NCBI GenBank assembly: GCA_033549025.1
Contig: JAWSUS010000008.1
Coordinates: 1-64,000, forward strand
Length of the DNA stretch: 64,000 bases
Direction: 5' to 3'
Source: Desulfuromonadales bacterium
Lineage (GTDB): Bacteria > Desulfobacterota > Desulfuromonadia > Desulfuromonadales > SZUA-540
Below the pieces are notes generated by a model, which was not told where the DNA came from, did no database searches, and worked only from the letters and a program-made list of their open reading frames with translations. Below, in pieces: positions 11,175 to 23,932 of the stretch (positions are counted from its first letter, which is position 1; the number at the start of each line of letters is the position of its first letter). The position numbers and the translations under genes were made by a program.

Positions 11175-11447
11175 TCATATTGTACTGCCAGGTTCACATC
11201 TCCCGCAGGTCAGAACAGCCGGATTGGCAAGCAAACGCTTCTCGGCAATCGCGCCTTTACATTTAACGCATTCCAGATGGGTCTCCATGTGAATACGATT
11301 CAATGCGAAGCGGATGCGCAGCATTTCAGATCCTTGATACGGGTTTACTCCTGTCCCCCGCTCCATGGCTTTGAGTCGTGCCGTCAGCAACTTTTTGAAA
11401 TGTTCCGGTTCAACTTTTCGGGATAACTGTGCTGTTGTGATTGTCAT
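11175..11447 (-). CDS. Short DksA/TraR-family C4 zinc-finger protein
   Basis: CVKCKGAIAEKRLLANPAVLTCGRC. Confidence 0.8.
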   Translation of the reverse strand: MTITTAQLSRKVEPEHFKKLLTARLKAMERGTGVNPYQGSEMLRIRFALNRIHMETHLECVKCKGAIAEKRLLANPAVLTCGRCEPGSTI

Positions 11448-11474
11448 TGTCTTAGTCCTTTCTCGAAAAAGAAT

Positions 11475-13145
<1,671 letters not shown>

Positions 13146-13198
13146 TTAGAAGCACATGCGTAGTAATATCTTTGAGATGCGGAGAGAGAGGCGGCAGT

Positions 13199-13972
13199 TC
13201 AAAACAGCCCGTACCGCACCGAGAACTCTCCAACTACGCCACGCAAACGATCATCGAGCCGCTCCAAGGCCGTTTCCCGAATGTTGTCGGGCACTCCGCC
13301 GTAATAGGCTTCGGCGATACCGCCGGCGATACATGCCATCGTGTCAGCATCCCCACCCAGGGAGATCGCGTTGCGCACCGCATCTTCATAGCTAGTCGAC
13401 TCCAGAAAGGCGATGATCGCCTGGGGCACCGACCCCTGACAGGAGACGTCGAAGCGGTACTCCTTGCGGATGTCGTCCAGCCGCCCGCTCAAGTCATAAC
13501 CGAAATCCCGTTCGATATGAGCTTTGATATCGGGCTTATCCAGGCCCGTGCGGGCTAGAAAGACGGCGACTGCCGTCGCCTGGGCGCCGCGTACCCCTTC
13601 GGGATGGTTGTGGGTGACCTCCGCGCTTTGCCTGGCTTCCTTCAATACGTCATCGAGCGAATCGCAGGCGAAACCGATCGGGCTCACTCGCATTGCCGAT
13701 CCATTGCCCCAGCTATTGTAGGGATGACGTTTCCTGAATGCTGCCCACTTGATGAAACTGCCGCCGTACCCGGCGCGGGGGTAGGCATAAAAGTAATCAT
13801 GAAACAGCTCAATGTAGTTACCGCCGTGAAGAATTTTATCGGCAACGGCCACGGTCAGGATGGTGTCATCGGTAAACCGGCAGTCCTCGGCAAAGAGCGG
13901 GAAATCCTTGGTCTTGGTGCCAGCCCCTTCGTGGACCGAGCCGATAATGTCGCCCGCAATCGCGCCGATCAA
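13199..13972 (-). CDS. ADP-ribosylglycohydrolase (DraG/ARH family)
   Basis: GAIAGDIIGS, FTDDT, SWGNGSAMRVSP, THNHPEG and GGDADT motifs; TTG start with GGGAG RBS. Confidence 0.93.
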   Translation of the reverse strand: MIGAIAGDIIGSVHEGAGTKTKDFPLFAEDCRFTDDTILTVAVADKILHGGNYIELFHDYFYAYPRAGYGGSFIKWAAFRKRHPYNSWGNGSAMRVSPIGFACDSLDDVLKEARQSAEVTHNHPEGVRGAQATAVAVFLARTGLDKPDIKAHIERDFGYDLSGRLDDIRKEYRFDVSCQGSVPQAIIAFLESTSYEDAVRNAISLGGDADTMACIAGGIAEAYYGGVPDNIRETALERLDDRLRGVVGEFSVRYGLF

Positions 13973-14068
13973 GAGGTGCTCCCGAAACTCAGTTGCGTTA
14001 ACGTTTTCTCCATGGCTCCTTCTTTTTGCCCTGGACTTTTCCCATCCGGCAAAACCCGATAGTTGTGC

Positions 14069-14422
14069 TTATTTCCCTTCAGCGGCCCGCGCGCACTCGA
14101 TACAAAGCAGAGTCGCTGGGTCGACGTTCAGCCGCTTTTCAGCAATCTCTTCGTCACATTTGACGCAATAACCGTAATCCCCTTTACGCAAACGACCAAG
14201 GGCGGTCTGGATGCGTTGCCGTTCGACCTCAGTGCGACGAGCAGACGCCTGAGCCATGGCTTGTTGCTGCATGGCATCCATACGGGAAAGACGGCCGACC
14301 CTGGTCTGATCAAGCTCTACCGGAACCAGCTCTTTGTCTTGGGCTTCACGTCCCTGTTGAAGAGCGATGAGCCTCTCCTCCAGCCGGTTTTTATAATCGT
14401 CAAGATCCAATTCAGTACGCAT
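14069..14422 (-). CDS. DksA/TraR-family C4 zinc-finger protein (full coiled coil)
   Basis: VELDQTRVGRLSRMDAMQQQAMA coiled-coil tip and YGYCVKCDEEIAEKRLNVDPATLLCIEC. Confidence 0.9.
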   Translation of the reverse strand: MRTELDLDDYKNRLEERLIALQQGREAQDKELVPVELDQTRVGRLSRMDAMQQQAMAQASARRTEVERQRIQTALGRLRKGDYGYCVKCDEEIAEKRLNVDPATLLCIECARAAEGK

Positions 14423-14501
14423 AACTCAGGACTACCTCCCTGTTCTGGGCCACATAAATATGATGCAATCACAAAAAAGATCGGACCGGGGATCCCCTGT
14501 T

Positions 14502-14768
14502 TTAGGGGTTTTCCATTGCCCGAGAGCAATCGAAGCAAATCGAAGCGGCCGGGTCAGATTGGAGTTGCCCCCTGGGAATAGGATTTTCGCATTTTACACA
14601 CTGGCCATAGCCCCCAGATTGCAAGTTATCCAGTGCGGCCTTGATGCGCTGCAGCTCAAGCTCAGTGTCACGGACTGTTGCCTGAGCCATGGCCTGACCG
14701 TGGTCAATGGCTTCAAGCCGCTTTTCCAGCTGGCGTTTAAAATGATCTAAATTCAAGTCATCGCGCAT
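14502..14768 (-). CDS. Short DksA/TraR-family C4 zinc-finger protein
   Basis: YGQCVKCENPIPRGQLQSDPAASICFDC; paralogue of 14069-14422 lacking the coiled-coil tip. Confidence 0.82.
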   Translation of the reverse strand: MRDDLNLDHFKRQLEKRLEAIDHGQAMAQATVRDTELELQRIKAALDNLQSGGYGQCVKCENPIPRGQLQSDPAASICFDCSRAMENP

Positions 14769-14867
14769 GGCTGAAAAATCTCCCGTTCTCCTGGCGACCC
14801 CGCTTCGAAAAGGTGGGCACCGCCGTTACGCGGGGGCGACGAAGGGCGAAGTAAAATCCGCTGATAG

Positions 14868-15131
14868 TCATTTCGTCTTTGTCGTCGAACATTTCAGGCA
14901 GACCAAGGTCGTTGGATCGGCCAGCAGACGTTCATCGCCAATCTCCCCACTACAATCCATGCATCTTTTGTAATTGCCCCATCTGATGCGGCTTAAGGCA
15001 ACTTCGATGCGTTCTTCTTCGGATTTGACCTGTGCCGAACCCTTCCTCTTTCGTAAAGCACCGAACCTCTTCAAAAGAAGCTGTTGGAAGAACTCCAAAT
15101 CCGGATTCTTACACTCTTCTGTCTTGTCCAT
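14868..15131 (-). CDS. Short DksA/TraR-family C4 zinc-finger protein
   Basis: YKRCMDCSGEIGDERLLADPTTLVCLKC; ATG at 15131 with GGAG RBS. Confidence 0.8.
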   Translation of the reverse strand: MDKTEECKNPDLEFFQQLLLKRFGALRKRKGSAQVKSEEERIEVALSRIRWGNYKRCMDCSGEIGDERLLADPTTLVCLKCSTTKTK

Positions 15132-15160
15132 CGTTGCAACTCCCTTGTTCAGAAAGTACT

Positions 15161-16453
15161 TCAAGCCGGCACTGCCGTGGCCGTCTGGACGAGACGGCAG
15201 CGAACCAGCAGTCCCGCAACGACCGCCATAAGTCCCAGCACGGCACATCCGGGCACGATCACCGTAAAGGGCACGCCGGTCTTGAGCAGCCCGCCGACCA
15301 CCACCGGCCCCAGGGCGGTGGCAAAAACACCGATCGTCGCTACAGTCCCCTTGGTTGCCCCCAACGATTCGACACCGTAGACTTCCGCCCACAACGCCGT
15401 CATCGTCGGCCCGTTGATCCCCTGACTGAGCCCGGCGAGGGACAGATAGATCAGGGCGACCCAGGGTGCCGACCCCAGGGTCAGAACGAGCAGGCCCGCG
15501 CAGGCCGGCAGCAGAGTCAAGGGGAACAGATTTTGTGCACCACAACGGTCGATCCACGGACCGACCAGCAGCGAGCCGGCCATACGGGCCGTGGCAAAGC
15601 CGATGAAAGCCGTTGCCATGGTTTTGACGGACCAGCCATACGCCTCGGCCAGGGGAATCTGATAAAGGAACAGGGCGGTCAGGACCAGCGGCAGAAAAAT
15701 TGTGCTCGGCAACAGCGCATAAAATCGACCGTCACCGAACAGCGCAAATCTGCGGGGTGCAGATGGTGCCTGTGCCGCTGACGTTTCGGGGCTTTTCTGG
15801 CTCTCACTCCGGAGCAGAAAAGACATGGCTGGCAGCAGCACCAGAGCGATGAAACCACCGAGAATCCCCCAGCTCAGGCGCCAGCCCACACCTTGAGCCA
15901 GCAGCACGACTCCTAACGGGAGCAGTCCCTCACCCAGGGGATAGCCGAGTGCGGAGAGACTCAGGGCCCGGCCGCGACCCTTTTCGAAGACCCGCGCCAT
16001 GGTAATCGATGCAGTCAGACTGAGCAGCCCTTGCCCGGTCAGACGCAGTCCAAGCAGGGCGACAAACAAAAATCCGACATTCGGTGCCAAGGACATCGCC
16101 AGACATGCCAGCACGAGACCCAATCCTGCGGCTAAACTGAAACGCTGCAGCGGGACCCGGTCGAGAAGACGACCGAACCAGGGAAGACTTGCGGCCGAAG
16201 TGAGGGTTGCTGCGGCATAAAGCGCTCCAAATTGTGCCGTATCGAGGGCAAAGACGTCCAGAAACTGCGGCACAAAGATCGAGATCAGAAACGTCTGACC
16301 GAAACTGGAAAAGAAGGTCAGGATCATACCGAAGATCAGAATATGTGGATGGGCCTGCAGGAAAGAAAAATATCCATATTCTTGCTTCGGTGTTTTTGGG
16401 TTGACTCGATCCATGTTCACTTTCACGGGCCTCCGACTCAGCGTGCGAATCAA
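15161..16453 (-). CDS. MFS transporter
   Basis: About 12 TM segments; FFSSFGQTF, GRLLDR and GPWIDRCG MFS loop motifs; start could alternatively be ATG 16414. Confidence 0.9.
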   Translation of the reverse strand: MIRTLSRRPVKVNMDRVNPKTPKQEYGYFSFLQAHPHILIFGMILTFFSSFGQTFLISIFVPQFLDVFALDTAQFGALYAAATLTSAASLPWFGRLLDRVPLQRFSLAAGLGLVLACLAMSLAPNVGFLFVALLGLRLTGQGLLSLTASITMARVFEKGRGRALSLSALGYPLGEGLLPLGVVLLAQGVGWRLSWGILGGFIALVLLPAMSFLLRSESQKSPETSAAQAPSAPRRFALFGDGRFYALLPSTIFLPLVLTALFLYQIPLAEAYGWSVKTMATAFIGFATARMAGSLLVGPWIDRCGAQNLFPLTLLPACAGLLVLTLGSAPWVALIYLSLAGLSQGINGPTMTALWAEVYGVESLGATKGTVATIGVFATALGPVVVGGLLKTGVPFTVIVPGCAVLGLMAVVAGLLVRCRLVQTATAVPA

Positions 16454-16854
16454 ACCCGTATCCCCCGGGCAACAAGAGCTCTTTTCAATGCAGTAACCCG
16501 CAGCGACCGCCCTTGTCCTACCAGTTTGCCATCGATAAATACTGCCGGGAGCGCCCCGATTCCCTTGGCATGCAAAAGCTCGGCAACTCCAGTATGTGCT
16601 GCGAAAGCCAGGGGGGCACTGTCGAGGCCATAACGCTGGAGTTCGATACCGGTCTCCTGCAAATATCTGAAGAATGTCTCAATTTCTCCCCAGGTCGCGG
16701 CGGCGAATGCTTTGTCCTCTGCCGCCCCACCACCTGTCTCTGGTACGTTTTCAGAAAGTTCAAAAATTTCGATTCTCAATGATGTAGAACTCCTCAAGGC
16801 ACTGGATAAACGGCCCTGTAGCTGCCGTTTCGAAACTTTTATCACGACCCGCAA
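16450..16854 (-). CDS. ArsD-like thioredoxin-fold protein lacking all cysteines
   Basis: IEIFE...GIELQRYGLDSAPLAFAAHTGVAELLHAKGIGALPAVFIDGKLVGQGRS parallels the ArsD C-terminal half; start uncertain. Confidence 0.65.
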   Translation of the reverse strand: MRVVIKVSKRQLQGRLSSALRSSTSLRIEIFELSENVPETGGGAAEDKAFAAATWGEIETFFRYLQETGIELQRYGLDSAPLAFAAHTGVAELLHAKGIGALPAVFIDGKLVGQGRSLRVTALKRALVARGIRV

Positions 16855-17409
16855 TCAGTCGGGCGTGATACAAACGACATTCAAAACCGTCCGGCTGATC
16901 GACGACTTTGCGACGTTTTTTTTAAACTGTGTAGAGGTTTTCGGGTGATGCAGGATAAATTGAAAACGGAGGTGAACAGGTGTCCTACTCGTTCAACTTT
17001 GCCAGACTTTAAGGTGGCGTAAGAAATGCGGCAAGGGGGGCGTGAAACTTATCACCGCAGCTGATGACTGGGGGTATTTTGGAATAAATTACATTCATAA
17101 TGCTGCGAATTATAAACAATTATTGTTACAATGTAAACTTGTAACTTTTCGGTTTTGAGAATCCGCCAGCAGACCGTGATCAGGGGGGAGGCGTTGTTGC
17201 CAATTTTCACGCCAATGATTTTCGGAAATATCTTGCGGTCGATGATCCCATGTCAGCCTTTCTGGTTTGTTTTTTCGGAGAGTCTCGACCCATGTCAAAG
17301 CGTTGCCTCGGCGGGCCTTGTCTTCACGACTTTCATTCCCGCCTTGAATAAGCCTTTCACGGAGTAATGGAATCGCCGCATCTGATAGTCGATTTAGTGG
17401 CGACAGTGC

Positions 17410-18008
17410 TTATCTAAGCGCATTCGTATCTACCCGGTCATCTTTCATTTGTGCCCAGCACGTTAGATGATCAATGACCGTCCTGTTATACGGACGGTCA
17501 TTGGTAGCTTGTTCGACGAACTCTCTTCCTGCAACCGAGCAACGAAATCCATTGAACCTAACGCTGTCTGACTCGACAAATCCGAGAGCTGCTAATGACT
17601 GGACGGTCGCCATCCGCATGGGTTGCGTAATATAGAAATTTCGTTGCCGCACACGCCGGAAGCTAAAATCATCCTTACCTTGCAATCTGGTTTTCCCGCG
17701 CAAGCGAGAATCACGGCTCCAGCCATTGCTGTTGAAGGACAGCCAACAGGCCAGCGCTTCAATAGCGTTGGCCACTTCGATATTCTGAACATTCGCCCCA
17801 CGACCGCGTTCGTCTTCCGCCACCGCCACACCGAGCAATGCCAGCAGCAATTGCTTGCCATACCAGCCCCCCCCATACCGGGAACGGCAAGGTCATTAAA
17901 GGAGCGCACTGACGCACCCAGACCAAGGGATCGAGTGCGGCGTGTTTTCGGCAAGAATTCAGGCCCAAGAAGCCCCCATGTCCCTTCCATCAATTTTTGC
18001 TCCGACAT
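17410..18008 (-). pseudogene. Frameshifted hypothetical gene, possibly 3'-truncated
   Basis: Reading switches from ORF 17592-18008 (..DLAVPGMGG) to ORF 17410-17850 (..WYGKQLLLALLG) at a G8 run (17867-17874). Confidence 0.55.
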
Positions 18009-18067
18009 TTAAATGGATTTGTCTGGATTCAGAATATCCTGGTTTGTTTCCACATCATGCAACATGG

Positions 18068-19120
18068 CTATTCCTTCATTGTATTTTGGTGGAGGGAAAA
18101 TTCTTCATCAATTTCAAAAAGATCAGGCGTCGAGCGATGGACGCCGATGCCGTGTTCCATAAGCAGCATCACAAGCTGTTCCCCGTTCATTAGGGCGATG
18201 GGGGTTTTGTCTGCCTGGGCAGCCTCCTTGACGGCTCCTGGGCTGAAGTCGCTGGTGGTGATGATCAGGCCTTGCTCGTGCGCTCCGAGGCTGCCGCGCA
18301 CCTGCTGCACCACCGGAGCCTGGATGTTGTTCTTGAGCTTCCACTTTTTGACCTGGACGGCCATCTTGATGCGGACCACGTCACCGACCACCAGGGTGCC
18401 ACGGACATCAATGCCGCCGTCGCCGCTGAGCTTGGTCACCTCGACCATCTCGAAGCCCATCTCAGCCAGCAACTGCGAAATAAGCTCCTCGAACTCGCCG
18501 GGCTTCATGGCCAGCAGACGTTCGCGCAGGACCTTTCGAATCTGGTGGTTGTGCTGCTCGATTTGGAACGCCAGGCCTCGCCCCATCCACTGGCTGAGGC
18601 CCACATAGCCACGGCCGTGCTGAACGAAGCGGGGCCGCTCACCGCGTTTCTGTTGGCGCTTGATCTCGGTGATCACCTGGGCGTACATGGTGGCCTCGGG
18701 CGTTTTGCCGCCTGTCACCAGCCAACCTTTTTGCAGGGCCTTCTCGGTGATCTCCTTGTAGTGCATCGGCTTCTTGCCGCCGAACTCCTCGAGCACCTTC
18801 TGAGCGCAATCGGTAAAGGAGAAACCCGCGTTCGGATGATGTTTTGGGGCTTCTTCGACGGCCACAGGAACCGACGCAGCGCCGCTCGGTATTTCAGTGG
18901 AATCCCGAAGAGCAAAGGTCTGAGGGCCGACCTTTACAAAGGGTGACTTGTCTCCGTTGTTCTTGATGTCGGAGTAGAGCCGGGCGCTGACAGTGGCGTC
19001 TGGGGTCTTGCCATCGGACTGCCAGAGACCGGCAGCCATGATCTGCTCGGCGATGTCCTTGGCGTGCAGCGCCGTTCCAGCCTGCTGCAAAACCTGCGTG
19101 GCGGCCGTTTTAACGTCCAT
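18068..19120 (-). CDS. Mrr-family restriction endonuclease with two N-terminal HB1/ASXL/HARE-HTH domains
   Basis: Two repeats (AA.QVL....LH.KDI.EQI...GL....GKTP.AT..A.L..DI) then FEELISQLL..MGF...V..LSGDGGIDV, VQVKKW and GLIITTSDFS. Confidence 0.9.
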   Translation of the reverse strand: MDVKTAATQVLQQAGTALHAKDIAEQIMAAGLWQSDGKTPDATVSARLYSDIKNNGDKSPFVKVGPQTFALRDSTEIPSGAASVPVAVEEAPKHHPNAGFSFTDCAQKVLEEFGGKKPMHYKEITEKALQKGWLVTGGKTPEATMYAQVITEIKRQQKRGERPRFVQHGRGYVGLSQWMGRGLAFQIEQHNHQIRKVLRERLLAMKPGEFEELISQLLAEMGFEMVEVTKLSGDGGIDVRGTLVVGDVVRIKMAVQVKKWKLKNNIQAPVVQQVRGSLGAHEQGLIITTSDFSPGAVKEAAQADKTPIALMNGEQLVMLLMEHGIGVHRSTPDLFEIDEEFSLHQNTMKE

Positions 19121-19167
19121 GGTGTCCCCTCTCTGCTTTTGCCAGTTTCGCCGTCATCGTCATGTCC

Positions 19168-22100
19168 TCAGGTCAGGCCGAAGAAACGTTCGAAGAACGC
19201 ACCCAGCTTGTCCAACACCGTTTGCTTCTTCACCGCATGCCCGTTGTTTTTGTTGAACCTTGAAACCGGCGGCAGAATCTTCGTGATGGCGGTGCCGGTG
19301 GCAGGGATCGCGCCATCCCGAAACGCGTTGTCAACAAACGCCTTCGTCTCGTCCACATTGAGACCTTCATCCACGATGATCCGGTCAAGTTCCTCCGCCT
19401 TTTTGGCCGTAATGAAGGCGACCCATTCCGTATCGACCTTGGCGCTCACAGAGACGGAATCCACAAATTGTTCGATGAGGTCTTTTTTGTTGCGCAAGCT
19501 GGGGCTGGCATTGATCGCACGTTCGATAGTCGCCCGAATCTCTTTGTCTTCGCCCGAGCCTTTCTTCTTCAGGTACTTTTCGACCAGCATCAGAATGTAA
19601 TCAACGTTGATCTCGACCTGCTTGATCAGCTCGATCTCGAACACCACATCGTCGTTGATCGACTCCTTTTCCGCTTCCGACGTGCTGCGGAACTCAGCGT
19701 ATAGGTTGAGATACAGGCTCTGGTAATCCTGGAAGTCGCGCTGGCTCAAGATTTCGTTGCCTGCGAAATCGTCGAATGCCGTGAGAATATTTTTCAGTCG
19801 CAAGATCGAGCCAAAGAGCTTGATAAAGGCCTTCTGGGCCGCTTCGCCGACGATGGCCTTGCCGAGCGGAAATCCACCCACCAGCTCGCCAACCCGTTTC
19901 TCGTACTCCTTGTAGTACTCGGCGTAGGGCTTGAGCAGCACAATGCCCTTGGCATCCTTGTTGCCGAACAGGGCCAGAGCGTCGTTGGTTTCCTGTTCGA
20001 GATCGCGGAAGGAGACGATGTTGCCGTAAGTCTTGACCGAATTGAGGATGCGGTTGGTGCGTGAGTATGCCTGGATCAACCCGTGGGCACGTAGGTTCTT
20101 GTCCACCCACAGGGTGTTGAGCGTGGTGGCGTCGAAGCCGGTCAGGAACATATTGACCACGATCACCATATCCAGCTCGCGTTTTTTGAGACGCTGCGAC
20201 AAGTCTTTGTAGTAGTTCTGAAACTTGTCGGCCGAAGTGTCGAAGCTGGTGCCGAACAGGGCGTTGTAGTCTTTGATCGCGGCATCCAGAAAATCACGCG
20301 AGCTTTGATCAAGCCCTTCGGTTTCGAATTCCTCCTCGCTCAGAAGACCATCGACTTCTTCCTCATTGGCGGCAAAGCTGAAGATCAGGCCAACCTTAAG
20401 ACGCCGCGCGGGCGGCAGCTCTTTTTCTTGCGCGGAAAATTCGACGTAATAGCGTTTGGCGGCATCGATACTGGCTGTGGCAAGCAGCGAATTGAACCCG
20501 ACCAGACGCTTGCCATCATGGCGGTAGCTGGCACTGCGCTTGGTTTTCTGGTCGAAGTGCTCTCGGATATAGCTCACGACTTGGGTGATACGTTCCGAAG
20601 CCAGCAGCGCCCGCTCTGTGTCAATGGACGACACCTTTTTGTCCTTGATACTTGGGCGTGACTTGATCGTGTTGATGTAATCGATGCGGAAGGGCAGCAC
20701 ATTCTTGTCGTTGATGGCATCGACAATCGTGTAGGTATGCAGCTTGTCGCCAAAGGCCTGCTCAGTGGTGCGCCGCAGCGGGTTGCCGCCGGTTCCCGCA
20801 TTGTCGGCGAAGATCGGCGTGCCGGTGAAGCCGAACAAGTGGTAGCGCTTGAAGACCCGGGTGATTTCGGCGTGCATGTCGCCGAACTGGCTGCGATGGC
20901 ATTCGTCGAAAATCACCACCACATGGGCATCATAGACCGGGTGCTTCTTGTTGCTCGCCACAAAGCGGGACAGCTTCTGAATGGTGGTGATGATGATGCG
21001 AGCGTGTGGATTTTCCAGCTGTTTTTGCAGCACCGCCGTCGACGTGTTGGAGTTGGCCGCACCTTTTTCAAAGCGCTCGTATTCGCGCATGGTCTGGTAA
21101 TCCAGATCCTTACGGTCCACCACAAACAGCACCTTGTCGATCTCCGGCAGACCCCGCGCCAGTTGCGCCGCCTTGAAACTGGTCAAAGTCTTGCCGCTGC
21201 CGGTGGTGTGCCAGATGTAACCGCCTGCGGCAGTGGCCCCCAGTTGCCGATGATTGGTACTGGTCGCGATACGTTGCAGAATCTGTTCAGCCGCCACGAT
21301 CTGATAGGGCCGCATCACCAACAGCTTGCGGTCTACGTCGAACACGCAGTACCGGGTCAGGATGTTCAGCAGCGTATGCTTGGCGAAGAAGGTCTTGGCA
21401 AAGCCAGCAAGATCCGTGATCGGCTGGTTTTTCGCGTCGGCCCACCAACTGGTGAAGGCAAAACTGTTGGAGGTCTTCTGGCGCGAGCGTTTGCTGCGTT
21501 GCTCCGCCAGATGGCCGTCGCGAACCGTGTTGCTGTAATACTTGGTCAACGTGCCGTTGCTGATGACAAACAGCTGCACGTACTCAAAGAGGCCGGAGCC
21601 CGCCCAGAAGCTGTCGCGCTGGTAGCGGTTGATCTGGTTGAAGGCTTCACGGATGTCCACGCCACGGCGCTTGATCTCCACATGCACCATCGGCAGGCCG
21701 TTGATCAACACCGTCACGTCGTAGCGATTGGCCCGTTTGGCCCCGCCTTCAACTTGTGGCACCTCGTACTGGTTGATGACCTGCAAGCTATTGTTGTGGA
21801 TATGCCGCTTGTCGATCAGGTAGATATTCTTGACCGTGCCATCGTCGCGCTTGAGCACCTGAACATGGTCCTCCTGAATGCGCGTGGTCTTTTCCACGAT
21901 GCCGTCATTGGCACTGGAAATACAGGTACCGAAAAAGCGTTCCCACTCCGCATCGGAAAAAGCGATCTTGTTGAGGATTTCCAGTTGGAGGCGCAGATTG
22001 GCGACCAGATCGGCTTCAGAGGTGAACGGCAGGTAATCATAGGCCTGCAACTTCAATTGCTTGATGAAGGCTTTTTCCAGCTCGGCCTCAGACTGGTAGG

Positions 22101-22196
22101 CTGTCTCCCGGACCCTATCGGGCATAAATTCGGCGACGACCGTGCTTTCGTTTGAGAGAGCAATCGGTTCGATGCGGTACGGGGTGAGGTCTTCGC

Positions 22197-22200
<4 letters not shown>
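19168..22200 (-). CDS. hsdR: Type I restriction endonuclease subunit R
   Basis: RYDVTVLINGLPMVHVEIK, WHTTGSGKT, DECHR, FTGTP, MFLTGFDA and QAYSRTNR motifs. Confidence 0.96.
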
Positions 22201-23452
<1,252 letters not shown>

Positions 23453-23456
<4 letters not shown>

Positions 23457-23872
23457 GCGCCACCTCCCTGCAATTCGCGTTCAATCAGTTCGATGCCGGG
23501 CTGGCTGGCGTTCACGGGTTCGGGCCATTGTCCAACAGGCTGTTGGATAAATTCGGTGTGCAGTTTCCGGGTCATTTTTCGCCTCCGTCCAGCTTGCGCA
23601 CCCCGGTATCCGCCAGCAGCAGTTTCATTAAGGACAAAGCAGTTCAGACCCGCCTGGTTTTTAATTCCCTCGAATTCGGGGGAATTAAAACCGGGATTGT
23701 AAATTTCTTCCCAAATACCCAGGAACTCTATGGTGTTTTTGTTCCGCAGCCATTTTTCAATCAGCGCCAACCCGTTTTCGATATCACGCACCATGTCGGT
23801 CAGTGAAATGAAATCCATGTCATTGTCGGTATAGACAGTGACGGAGGTTCCTTTGACGTCAATCCTGGCCAT
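23453..23872 (-). pseudogene. KilA-N domain protein, apparently truncated or internally deleted
   Basis: DFISLTDMVR...IEKWLRNKNTIEFLGIWEEIYNPGFNSPEFEGIKNQAGLN.F is KilA-N-like; similarity breaks off afterwards. Confidence 0.7.
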
Positions 23873-23932
23873 GGGCGCACCCCTGTCCGTGAACCTGTCG
23901 GAATTCCCGACAGCTTGCTGTTTCAGCTTTTT

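Noticed and set aside
13199..13972. Host ARH as antidote to the prophage ART-like domain
   Set aside because: About 45 kb away and outside the prophage; DarT-type modifications are usually reversed by macrodomain or NADAR proteins; no evidence of linkage
13969..14013. 14-codon mini-ORF overlapping the ARH TTG start as a leader peptide
   Set aside because: Its AGGAG is only 2 nt from the ATG, and ARH has its own RBS
17028..17078. CCGCAGCTGATGACT resembling the 3' part of a fluoride riboswitch
   Set aside because: The 5' GATGG-GTTC stem and pseudoknot partner are absent, and there is no suitable downstream gene on that strand
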